Assembly: GCF_006345805.1 (NCBI RefSeq)
Contig: NC_042998.1
Location: 21,514,001 to 21,578,000 of the forward strand
DNA: 64,000 nucleotides
Source of the DNA: Octopus sinensis
Taxonomy: Eukaryota
Direction of reading: 5' to 3'
The position numbers and the translations under genes are program-made. This document shows, piece after piece, positions 39,296-52,694 of this stretch. The notes under the pieces were generated by a model. The model was not told where the DNA came from. It saw only the letters and a program-made list of their open reading frames with translations, and made no database searches. Every line of letters starts with the position of its first letter. The first letter of the stretch is position 1.

Positions 39296-39879
39296 AACGT
39301 CACTGATGCTAGTAAACCGGTAGTAAATATATTTTTAAAGTTTTCAAAGACGTGAATATGATTTAAAAAGTAATTTGTTTTCATCAGCAATGGATGTCAG
39401 GGTGACAATAAATTTCTGAAAGTTACTTCACAGAGAGTTACCTCTGTTCTCCAAGTAACCAAGGAACAGGTGTTTTCTGCCACGGGAGGCCTGTTACTTA
39501 TTATGTGAAACATCTTAAGAGTCTAAAACAACCCATAGAACGTAAGTAATATATGTGCTCTCAAATTTAAAATCTTGAAATGCTGTGCTGAGGAGAAAAA
39601 TGAACGATTGAAAGTGTGATCTTTGCATTTTTCATATCGATCTAATTCTGAAACGCGTCCACAGGTATGCTTTGAGTATATGTTGTCCGGGAGTTTCTTC
39701 TTATAGTAGAAGAAATAGCTAAGTTCTTTAGCTGCTATTTCTAAAGTTCGGTATGTGGTGAAGCAAATTTTTTTGCTGAACCCTAATTATAATTATATTC
39801 ATATTTATAAAAAATATATATATATATACAAATATACACACACAAACACACACACACACACACAAACGTACACATAATG

Positions 39880-40740
39880 CTGGATGGCCGTTGACTAAAC
39901 ATGAGTTCTTCTGCCCTACAACAGGTCATATTTTCGTCCTGCAGGGTGTCCAACAATTACCGTCCTCCCCAAGTAAGGTTGGTGGAGTTTCCAGTTTAGT
40001 CGCTGAGGAACCGACCATGTGAAATATTGTACTGGGTTACATGTTACCAGCAGCGCTCAAGAGCGACTTGACCTAACATAAATACATACATACGTACGTA
40101 CGTACACACATACATACATACATACATACAAACATACATACATACATACATACATACGCACATAAATACATACATACATACATACATACGCACATACATA
40201 CATACGTACGTACATACATACATACATACATACATGCGTACATACATACATACATACATACATGCGTACATACATACATACATACATACGCACATACATA
40301 CATACATACTTACATACATACATACGCACATACATACATACATACATTGATACATACATACATATGCACATACATACATACATACGTACGTACGTACATA
40401 CATACATACATACATACATACATACATACATACATACATACACATACATACATACGTACATACATACATACGCACATACATACATACATACATACATACA
40501 TACATACATACATACGCACATACATACATACACACATACATACATACATACATACATACATACATACGCACATACACTCATACATACATACATACGCACA
40601 TGCATACACTCATACATACGCACATACACTCATACACACATACATACATACATACGTACATACATACATACATACATACATACATACATACATACATACA
40701 CACAAACATACATATACATACATACATACGCACATACTAA
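39880..40740 (+). repeat. Retroposon-like 3' end followed by an approx. 660-bp (CATA)n/(CGTA) tract
   Basis: Microsatellite directly visible at 40075-40740; reading the preceding 200 nt as a retroposon tail is inference. Confidence 0.7.
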
Positions 40741-41567
40741 CTTGTGCCTCCTGACGTACATGAACACCGATTTCCAAAAGTTCTTCTTAAGGAAACATTC
40801 AGAGCCTTCATGAAGATATGCATTTTGTTTGGCTATTAAATACTTGCTATCATGTTTTGATCATATGTAAGTTCCGTTTAACACCATTTGAAGCCTACGT
40901 AAATATATCGCCGTTGGGGAGGCCTCAATAAATAGATTACTTTTTTCTTTTAGGCGTTCACTACATCAAACTTCATGCGATATAATTTTTTGTATCTCAA
41001 ATCTGTACGATGTGGTTTAGTGCAAATTTCCCTGGATTTTGTTCACAAGTTGAGCAACTACGCAGCGTTAGTCTTCATACTAAAAATAAACTGCATCGAA
41101 CGCTATTGTCAATGTAGGTCTTGTTAAATATAATGCTCTTCTTTCTTCCATGACTTGATAATTCTATCATAAAATAGAGACAACAGTTCGAAATTCTTTA
41201 TGGGCCCAAGAGGAATGCAATTCCCAAGAGTAGCAACGTGCCTTCAACCTTAAAGTTACCTAACAAAAAGATAAGGATCGCAACTTTTGAATATACAACG
41301 GTTTACGTATAAGCTATTAACGAATTGCTATAAGCTGCAAGGAAAGTATTTCATAAACAAAACTGTTGCACTCCACAAAATAAATTTCCCACGTTAGTGA
41401 CATAACCTGTTACACTGCATATATAGTTATGCCATCACTGCCCTCAATTCGCACAGAGAGGAATAAAAGTACCACTGCGAGTCAGGCGAGTAGGACCCCA
41501 ACATTTGCGGATTTTACCATTTCAGTCTTCTATCGCTAGCTGCACGAAACAGTGGTGGTTCACAACC

Positions 41568-41577
41568 ATGGAAGCCT
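41568..41577 (+). CDS. CD225 paralog G3 coding exon 1 (ATG GAA GCC T)
   Basis: caaccATGG followed by gtaagt; homologous to 18739-18748. Confidence 0.8.
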
Positions 41578-42074
41578 GTAAGTATTATATGTTAATGAAT
41601 TTTCATAAGTATATATTAATGAATTTTCCAAAGTATGTGTTAATGAGTTTTGTAAGATCTCACTATATGTCCGCTTCTATAATGTTTTTTAAAGCACACA
41701 CACAGATTGTCTTGATAAAGTGTGAAGAAAATTCCACATTTCCGTTCTGTCAGCTCACGAATGTTAATTAAAGACTTGTATGAACATCCTTGCAACATAC
41801 ACTGGAGTAATTGAACCGAATTTCAAGAAATGTTTATGAGTTCTGATAAAAATATTTTAAAAACCATACGTGCATGTGAGTATGTATATATGTATATATG
41901 TAATCAAACTATGTATAGCCGTACATGCTCGCTTGTGTGGAGATGAACGGAGAAAAATTCCGTACGTAAAAAATAGGACTTTGTAACTGTTACTTAAAAC
42001 TTGAGCTACGTTATATACATACTTTCACATGCACTTAAAGACACGCACACACACACACAGATAGATAAATATTT

Positions 42075-42310
42075 TTTGTTTATTAGCCACACAGGACTGA
42101 ACACACAGGGGAAAATTTCAAAGTAGAGCTTTTCTTTTTAGGTTTCCGATCAAAAGGGAACGTAAAAAAAAACGTTCAATAGTAATCGTGTATCACAGAA
42201 ATGTCATGATGTAAAGTGTATAGGGGGAAACAGATAAAGTTTATCCGTGGAAAGAAAAGCCTACGGAAAAGACCACGGGAACCTCGGTCAATAATGTCAC
42301 ATGTTAACAC
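42075..42310 (-). mobile_element. Probable LINE 3' end next to GATA; same family at 63835-64000
   Basis: Shared ggccacacagg.ctg.acaca...gtagagcttttc and ttt.cgatcaa.aggga.cgtaaaa blocks. Confidence 0.55.
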
Positions 42311-43430
42311 ATTCATTTGCAAGTAAGTAACTCTCTGTTTTTCCGGGTTCATAGGATTATGCTCAAGGTGGCTTCGTCATTCATATGTGCCGTTCTTGCT
42401 ACATTCACCCATCTTTTTTTTTTGAAACATTCGCTACTCTCTCTTGCCTCTCTACTCTCACTTTCCTTTTCAAGTGATACTTAATATCTAAACATCTACT
42501 ACATCAGACTTCTATTATTTTTTTACGACCGCTTTATTACCTCCACTACATCCTCCCTCCCACTGCTACCCAACCTGTAGATCTAAGATTTGCTTTCCTT
42601 CAGCCCTTATACATTCGTCTTTGAACACACATCCCCAAACCCTTCCTAACATGAGTACACCTCACTATACTGATTAGTATATATTTAGTACGCAGCATCT
42701 ATCTGCTACTCCTCTTCATTTTGCTATAGTGAAATACACTCATTTTTGAACCAGTCTTTCTCCAAGATTGGAACTGGTAACACCTGATTCTCTTCGCTCT
42801 GGATTATAAACAAGTATCTCTCACAATTTTGATTCTAGTAATGGTCATTACTGATTTTTCTCATTCGAACACAGAGCTAACTAACGAATACTTATTTTAA
42901 TTGGATTTTAATTGGATTTCTCCTCCTTTTCTCGACAAAATTATCTACAAAATCATTGATGAGTAATGTTCTTCCACCTGTATATCTGTTTAAACCCCTC
43001 AATTTCTGATGTAATTTGTCTTTGTAAAGTCTTACCAAACTTTTTGCCTTTTCATGTATATATATATATATATATATATAAAATTAGGATTCAGTTGAAT
43101 TAAGTGCATACAGGAAAGTACCAAGCCACCAAGCCAGTTCGGTATAGTACGCGCAGTTCGAAATTACATGAAATTAAAAAGTAAATAAGTAAAAGGAATG
43201 ACCGTTTCAAGTGGCTCCATTTCATCGATGATGAAAACTTTACATCAGTTTGAAATAATCCGCTCTCTCCAGACGCAGACGATCATATAGATTTCAAACA
43301 TAAAGCATAAACCATTAATTATTAGAAAAAATTCCACAAGAACCTAAGACAATTAGAATGTTTTTCTTTGCTACTCTTTGCCACAAGAATAGCAAAGGGA
43401 AGCTTTGTCACTTATTTGCTTTATGTACAA

Positions 43431-43560
<130 letters not shown>

Positions 43561-43727
43561 ATGTGTATGTATGTAGGTACAGCACCAGTAACAGTTAAGC
43601 TTCGTGCAATGGCCATACTCGATTTCGAGGGGGAAGCCATAATGTATGTATGTATATATATGTATATACAAACACAGACACAGACACACACACAAACACG
43701 CACGCACACACAAACACACAAACACAC

Positions 43728-43776
<49 letters not shown>

Positions 43777-44656
43777 ATATAGATATAGATATAATTACAA
43801 ATTGGGATAGGGGTTGAGAGTGTAACCCACCATGGGATAACATATATCCAATATACTGCCAGTAAAGCACCCAACAAAGTTAATACATAAATGTTAAGAA
43901 TTGCGATGCAATTAATTCATTTATTGTATTATATGGGGAAAGGTAAAATGTTTTACCACAAATTAATAATACAAAATAAGAAAATGGAGAAATACACCTT
44001 AATCAATAATCAACTACCAGATAGTACCCAATCACATAATTTATTAAACCACTACATAAGAACATCAAGGTCAAACATAATAGTATAGAACAAAACAATG
44101 CACATCAATGAGTAATATGATACAATAAGTGCAATATGTATAAGTGAATATAAATAAATATAAATATAAATATAAACTACAGCTGTTTCAGTCATGCAGA
44201 TATGGGTATCTCATTATGTTCATATTAGCCAGGTGTGATAAGTTAATATGTGGTTATAAATGAGACACTTACAGAAATATCCCAAGGCCTCTTCAGAGAT
44301 TATAAAGTACAAACTAAACTAAATATGAATATCAGAGGAGGTACACCCATACAAGAGTGGGCACATACCCATAATATATAATATACACATACATAAGAGT
44401 GCATATACCCATACTTCTATATATATATATACATATACATAATAATATACAACATTATACATACATATGTTCTATATTCAAGTTTACAGTTGGTCAAACC
44501 AATATATTAGAATATTACAATATACAAACATACACATATCTATATTCAAATGAACATATACAGATTCAAGAGTTCATTATATTAAGTTACAAAGTGCCAT
44601 TAATATTACCATCATTATTATTACCATTGCCACTATTGCTACTAATATTATTATTA

Positions 44657-44714
<58 letters not shown>

Positions 44715-45557
44715 AATAATACCAGCAAAACAATATATGCATCACGCGGTTCACAGTACATATTATGTGGGAAAAAATCAGGTGGAATACATCAACATCA
44801 TAGTATATTGGAATAGCAATATAATAGCAACAACAACAACAATAATACAATACAATGCAAAACATTATAGATCGGCAAATACATATAAATTGAAAAATAT
44901 TAGTTTACATCATAGCAAAGTTCACAAGTGTGCAAGCATATAAACGCATTCCAGCCATAGGTTTTGACGGTGATATGTATAAAGTATTAAGTTTAGAGAT
45001 AGTTTAAGATCGAAAGCTCAATTCGATTGGCTACCACATTTGAATTTCAATTGTCTTCGTTATGGTTGGTTTGTTAAGAAATACTTACATACGTACACAC
45101 GTATATGTGCGCTTACACATATATACATGGAAATACAAGCTTACATACACACATACATGCTTACATACATAACTACTCACGTATATATCCATAAATATAT
45201 ATATATATACATGTAAACAAACACATATATCCAAAATTAGCCACGTACACATATATGTATATATATACATACACATACATACCGTTAACTAAAATAGTAT
45301 TAAGAATCATAAAATTAGAGTAATATTAAATGTTAATGCACCGAAATGGGTGGAAGGATAATTCGCAATACAGGTTTCACCATAACCAATATAAAGACGA
45401 AATACGTTAATAGCATAAGATACATAATTAAAAATTACACCGCATTTTTCGTAAACATTCATAGTGCTGAGAAAGCTTCCAGATAAACACAATTTCGAAA
45501 GTGTTCCCACTCAAACCTCCGCCAAAAAACATTCACAGGCATGGGAAAACTGCACCA

Positions 45558-45643
<86 letters not shown>

Positions 45644-45898
45644 CCGCACACAGACATATACATATATACACTCGAATGCAATGCATCCGCAAACATTGGT
45701 ATACACATACATACACACTCATATATATATTCATATATATAAAAACATATACACACATATCCACCCATGAATATATATATATACATATAAGTATACACAT
45801 GAACATATGTAGACATATCCACATACACGTTCGAAATTACAGATATACATGTCTGCACACAGCTTTGCATATACATACATTCATATATATATGTATAT

Positions 45899-46074
<176 letters not shown>

Positions 46075-46339
46075 ATATATATGTTGGTACATACACATAT
46101 ATGTGTGTGTGCGTCCCGGATGTCTTCTATATGTGGAGGAATTTTGTCCAAGGTGACCAAACACAAAGTTTCCTAGCCATATATTAATGCCTATATATAT
46201 ATGTATGTGTGTGTATGTATCTATTTCTATATAAATGTAATGTTATGTAGATAAATATGTGTGTCTATGTAAATATACTTGTGTGCAAGATATAATTCTT
46301 ATACGATAAGGAAATGTCTATTTGTCAGAAAAAGTAAAA

Positions 46340-47099
46340 GAAAATTACTTCATCTAATCTAAAAGGTTCTGAAAGAAACTGAAAAATGCAGCAGAAGATT
46401 ATTTTTTTTCTCAAACGAGAAAACCTTCGGCCGGGATCAAAACGTCACAGGAAGAAATGACAGATGGTTAAATGCAGGCCCTTCTGAAGTGTTATATATA
46501 CAAGATTTCGTGCAACTGTCATAGTTTTAGGGGTTGTTAGCAATGAAGGACTTGAGATGCCTCCTTACTTCTTTCCACAAGGCCTTAGAGTTAACTATGC
46601 GGGATACGTTTAGATCATGGGACAAATTGTTAAGCCCTGGATAGACAGTGAATGCAATAGAAGGCCATATGTATTTCAGTAAGACTCTGCACTATCACAC
46701 ATGGCTCTAGTAACAAAGGATCGCCGATAATGTTCATGATCACAACTCCTAGCGTTTGGGAGCCTTATATCCCAGATCTCAATCCATTGGACAATCACAT
46801 GTGGAAGGTTGCTGAGAGAGAGGTCAATGAACACACACATAACACCACAAAAACCTTTGAAAGCTGACATAGTCAGAGTAATGTCCAGAATGAACCAGGA
46901 CCACTTGATTCAAGCATGTAGAAGATTTAGATCTCATATAGAAGCAGTTGTTGAAGCTGAAGGCAGCTTTATTGTACAACATTATAGAAAAAAAGTTTAG
47001 TTTTATCCTCATAGTATTTTTTGACAAATATATTTATTATTTGCTATATATTTGCTTCTTTTATAAACATAAATCTGTCCTCAAGTATCTTACGCACAC

Positions 47100-47101
<2 letters not shown>
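46340..47101 (+). mobile_element. maT (DD37D-like) transposon 3' half, dead
   Basis: Degenerate FSNEKTF..DQ..RNDRWL, PQGLRVN, KPWIDS, DSALSH, PDLNPLD, RFRSHIEAVVEAEG; terminal sequence at 47075-47101. Confidence 0.85.
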
Positions 47102-47177
<76 letters not shown>

Positions 47178-47201
47178 GTGTGTATGTATGTATCATGTAT
47201 G

Positions 47202-47235
<34 letters not shown>

Positions 47236-47253
47236 TGTATGTATGTATGTATG

Positions 47254-47300
<47 letters not shown>

Positions 47301-48769
47301 GTAACAGAAAGGAAGAATTTCGATTATCCCCATGTGGTGAGTTGTAATATATATAAGAAATTAAAAAAGGAAAATACGCACACTTTACATAGTTTTAATA
47401 TAAGTTTTAATATATCGACCGGTTCCGCTATCGCTATTCATGATATTATGTTTTACTTACTTGAATATGTATTTTCTTAGATTTTGTCCATGTTGTGTAT
47501 GATGATATTTACGAGTGATTCACTCGTAAATATCATCACGCAACTGGCTCTCTTATTTGATGTACTTTGTTTTAACAGCACTAACAGTTATCAAGAAACC
47601 AATTGATCCAGGGATATCAATTTTCCCATTCTGCAGCTTTCTACCGAGATTATGTATTAATTTCTTTGCTATTCGCCCGCTTTTTGTTGTGCCTATAGCA
47701 TTTCCAGTAAATGGTGGTTTATTATCGGATTTTTCGACACTGACGGAAAATGTATAACTAATTCACTACAATTTTGTATTAAATTAGGGGTTATAATACA
47801 TTCTCGATTTTGCTACATAAAAAAAATCTAAATTTGTAATATTAAATTGTTGAAGTCTTAACTTATAGGCAAATATTTTAAATTTACAGACACGATATAC
47901 TATTTCTTTTCCGTTTATTAAACTGAAAAAGAAAAGATGATTGTCCCTTTCAATTTCAGCTATTATGTAAAAATATAAAAGGACATGAATGACCATTGAA
48001 ATCTTTAAACTCTATCTTCAACAGCAATATTTTAAGTTTGTTTACTTCTTGGTCTCGCTTAATGTACTTGCAAAGAAAGAAAATATCTTGGTATCTGCAT
48101 GAGAATTTGTGAACGACTGCAGAATTACTTAATTCGGAATGAAGACGATTTGTACATCTTTATATTGAAGATTTGCTGTTAAGGGAGGTCTACATATAGC
48201 AAGTTTTATTCGTCTAAATATATAACATGATCATATTTAGATAGCTGTGAATTATCATTATCAGCTACAGCATTTGTAAAATAGTTGGCTTTTAGCAAAA
48301 TCCCCAATGAGAAATGTAAAGGTGGACAATTTACTCGTGTATTTTAATAGATTTTACCTTTAAAATCTAATCTGACCTCATCTTGGAGCAATGAATTAAA
48401 AACTGAAAAAAATTACAAAGACAATAACTGCATTAACTCCAGCTTAGCATCTTTTCATGCAGATTATCGTTATATATATCATACCAGCAATGTGTTCTTG
48501 GTAATCAGTTAGAGGGAATTCTGTTTTCATCTTATATGTTTCAGCTATTAAAGAAAAGCAGAAGTGAAAACATATAAAAGTATTTAACTATCCTGATGAT
48601 TTCGTCAATGTGTTAGTGATGATATTAATTAATTTTTACAATTTTAAGCAAATTGTCATAAGAAAATTTACAGTCAGCAACCAGCATATAACATTTGTTG
48701 ATTAATTAGATATATGAGGAATGTACACTTTGAAATATCGCTTGTGGAATCTAATTTCTTTTTTTACAG

Positions 48770-49191
48770 ATAACACAAAACTTGCTGAGCGGAACGATGA
48801 ACCACCTGGATACTATGAGTACCATGGATACACAACTGATTTCTATAATGCTTCGACATCTGGACATTCCGAACAACCTGGATATCCACCACTACCAGCA
48901 TATACACCACGCTCCGAATATCCACCACCACCACCATATACACCACAACCCGAAGATTCTCCACTATCCGAATATCCACCACAACATGAATATCCACCAC
49001 TATCCGAAAATCCACCACTATCCGAATATCCACCACTATCCGAATATCCACCACAGTCCGGATATCCACTACAAACGGGTTATCCACCACTACCTGGATA
49101 CCCGTCAGAACCATCACCTGTCCTACAACAACCATCACAACAACAACAACAGCAACAACCACAAAGACAACATCAGCAAGTGACTGATACT
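48770..49191 (+). CDS. G3 exon 2: Pro/Tyr/Gln-rich N-terminus with four extra 6-aa repeats
   Basis: Same splice sites as G2 exon 2; 422 nt versus 350 nt (+72 nt in frame). Confidence 0.88.
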
Positions 49192-50693
49192 GTAAGCAAA
49201 TATCTTTTCGTTTCATTTTACGTCTTTATTATTCTTCAAGCATTTATCCTGGACAGAGATCTTATCCGTAGCAAGTTTTAGTCATCAAAAGGTGAATATT
49301 CTAGGAAATCCCCTTTAAGAGATTTTAGCCATTCATATCATTATATGGAGCAGAATAAATGATTTAGAACTATAATGGTAACAGTAGCAAACGGAGTACC
49401 TGGCTTGGAAGATATATACACACGACAATATGCATGTGTGCGTGTATGTGCATGTGTACACGTATGTACGCTTATGTCTGTGTATGTGTATGTGTGTGTC
49501 TCTGTGTGTGTATGTTTGCATGTGAGTGTGAATGCATGAAGGGCTGTCTCAAATATTCCATCAGCTAAATTCAACTCACAAAATATTTGTCAACTCAAGA
49601 CTATGGTACAGCCTAGCTTCCTCTTCTGCAAGTTATGGTGCAGCAGGAACAAACCTGGAGACGTCTTCAGGGAATTTCTTAACTACAAAGTGATGTGTTC
49701 ACATACAAACGTAACACCGTTTCTGGTGGTCGTCTCACATCTTTCCCTCTCGTTCAGAACACCTACTACAAAATATAATGATTACTATGGTTTAGAAGGA
49801 AACGTGTATTCCGCCTGACCATGCTACCTTGTAAGAATCTGGAGACCACAGAAGAGATCTTATGTATTTCAAGGGCATTGAGTAGCCTTCAGTGTGAGAC
49901 ACTATCAAACGCCTTCCTTAGTTATCCATCTATGTTCAGGTTCTTCTACTTGTTCCGGCATTCTCTACTAAAGTTTTATTCATGGATTCCTCTTATAACC
50001 TTTTGTAGCTTGTCGAAGTATAGATTTCTGTTCCAAGAAATTTTATATTCTTTCAGTTAGTATATATGTGAGAATCTTGCAGGTGGTGTTGTGACATGTA
50101 ATTCGTCGGGTATTCTTTGGATTTTTCCTCTTGCAATTTCATCGAAAACTCATATATCCGCCCATAAAAGTTCCATCACTCTATTGCTACATTCCACTTA
50201 GGAGGTCTATTGACATGGTTGGTCCTTTTCTGTGACGTCCTGATACCTAATTGAGCAGTTACAACTTTAGCAGTGAAATAAATACGGTTATTAAACGTTG
50301 TTTGGGCATTTCCTTTATTACTAAAAACTTGTCTAAGAGCAACACTCTATATCATGATCATTTTTAATGTTGCTTCTAAACATTAGCATGTTCACAAAGA
50401 TGAATGGAGAGTTGCATGTAAAGGTAATTATTCAATTTACGTACTTACTGTGTAATTAGTGCGTTGTACCAAGTTACCTTGTGTTGAGATATCACGCATT
50501 TAAAAAAGAAACTACACTTTATGTAACGAAAATCCTTCCGAATTTTTCATTGCTGCATCACGATGTTTTCCTTCCATTGCACCGTCGTTACTGGATTAAG
50601 TTTGCTTTGTGGAGTTCGTCCAAGTTGTGCTCCTCATCAACATAAACATCCCTAGATAATTATATTAACTTTTTTGATATGTTCTCTTTCCAG

Positions 50694-50801
50694 ACAGAAG
50701 ACCAATTAAAAGAATCTGTAATTAACATTAGACGAACAATTATTGCTACCCTTTTCTGCTGTTTTGCATCAGGTATTGTTGCTCTTGCTAGTGCAGTTAA
50801 A
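50694..50801 (+). CDS. G3 exon 3: CD225 intramembrane segment
   Basis: TEDQLKESVINIRRTIIATLFCCFASGIVALASAVK; cag/gtaagt boundaries. Confidence 0.92.
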
Positions 50802-52544
50802 GTAAGTAAATACGAACATTTCTTGCAAGAACTTCTATTTATTTGCATACCTTTTATCCAACCGTGGCTGTATGTCAAGAAATATGCTTACCAACCACAT
50901 GGTTCCGGGATCGGTTCTACTGCACCTGGAGTAAGTGATCTGTACAATAGACAGGTGCTGATCAAAGCCATGTAAACGGATTAAGCAGATGAAAACTGAA
51001 AGAAACCCATCATGCACACAAATACATACACACATGTATATATATATGCATAAAAACATGTGAGTGTGTGTATGTGTATATGTGTGAGTGTGTGGAAAAG
51101 AAAGAGAGTATCTGTGTTTGTGTTTGTCAACTACAACCATAGATAACCGATGTTGGCGTGTTTACGTTCTGGTAGCGTTTCGGCAAAAGAAATGATAAAA
51201 TAAGTACCGGCCATAAAAATAAAATATGTACAGGTGTCGATCCGTTCAACTAGAATTCTTTAAGGCGATGCTCCAGCATAGCCACAGTCTAGTGACTGAA
51301 ACAAATACTATGCCCTGTTAAAGCCTTCGGCCAATTAAAATTGTTGTAAATTACTATAAATTGCCAACCTATAAGGTGATGTTTCGCATTGTGCTTAAGG
51401 CAGATGAAACATTATATTTTGTAGTAGGGGTCTGAATGAGAGGGAAAGATGTGAGACGACCACCAAAAATGGCCAAGCAAAAGTCTACGGTCACTTCACC
51501 TAAACAAATCAAGATACAGTGTTTCAAAACAGAAAAATGTCTACAATGGAAATTTATTATATAATGTTCTTTTCAAGAAGTTACTGTTGATATTTCGTGT
51601 GGCTACTCCTCACCTTGAATGATTGCTTCAATGCACTTAGGAAGAGATGTGTACAAATCCTTCACCATCTTCACAGGCATTTGATGTCATTCTCTGTGGC
51701 TGATCTCCCACAACACTTCAAGATTGAGTTGTCTCTTTGTGGTTGTGTCATAGACTGTTTGCGGTTCCCTCATGGTGTTGATACGCATTTAGTTGATGGA
51801 GATTATAGAGGAGAAGCATAATTAAAGGTCCTAAACAAGACCAAACGAACATCATGATCATAATAGTTGTGAAAATGGTTCTTATATTAAGGCTCACCTC
51901 TAATGCGTGTTTGCTCCATTATGTCTAACAATAACTGTTTCAAGTATTCCAAACACAGCAGTCTTGTTTTAACTCATCATTAATATCTGCCAACTCACCA
52001 TATCATTGTAAATAAGGTTTCTATTAATCCAGTCTACATAAAATAGCTTTAACCCCTAAGAGGCAACTGGCTAAGAAACAGCGTGGCATTTAACAGCGTT
52101 GATAAAACATCTGCTTTTATAAGAGCAATGGTTATGAAACTGACGAAATATCACTTCACCACCCCCGGAACCACACACACACCACAAAAATATTGGTAGA
52201 ATTTGTGGTCACACCAGCTCCCCTCCATTCACGCCTTTATTAAGAAGAAATTCTATTGTTCATCCATATAATTCCATATAATTGCTACGACGCATAAAAT
52301 ATTTAGCAGTATTTTGTCTGTTTTTACGTTCTGAGTTCAGATTCCTCCGGGTCCACTTTGTCTTTCATCCTTTAGGGATAAGTAAAATAAGTACTTGCTG
52401 AGTACTGGGATCGATGTAATTCACTTACACACTCCTCCGAAATTGCTGGCCTTGTGACAAAATTAGAAATCAACATATTTGTTGTTGTTCAGTTTTATTG
52501 ACGTGCTTTAAATATAAACTAATTCTTGTCTTTCTATCTTCTAG

Positions 52545-52694
52545 GCATACAAAATGGCCAAAAATGGAAATTTAGAAGGTGCAACCCGCGCAAACGATAC
52601 TGCAAAACGATTAATCAAAATATCATGTTATGGTGCTATTCTTCCGTATATTTTGTATGTGGCATTATTCCTCAATTACTTAAATATATTATGA
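52545..52694 (+). CDS. G3 exon 4: CD225 loop + C-terminal TM; spliced protein 229 aa
   Basis: AYKMAKNGNLEGATRANDTAKRLIKISCYGAILPYILYVALFLNYLNIL*. Confidence 0.92.
   Translation, partial: AYKMAKNGNLEGATRANDTAKRLIKISCYGAILPYILYVALFLNYLNIL

Noticed and set aside
40044-40813. Long MYVC/HTYI ORFs (also 876-1214, 24269-24757, 25408-25932, 43358-43877, 45459-46187 and the IYLS ORFs)
   Set aside because: Stop-free frames of CATA, CA, TA, GATA and trinucleotide microsatellites.
47670-48630. G3-specific approx. 1-kb AT-rich segment as a Helitron Rep fragment
   Set aside because: Only a vague minus-strand resemblance (ADTKIFSFFA) with many stops; cannot be supported without a translated search.
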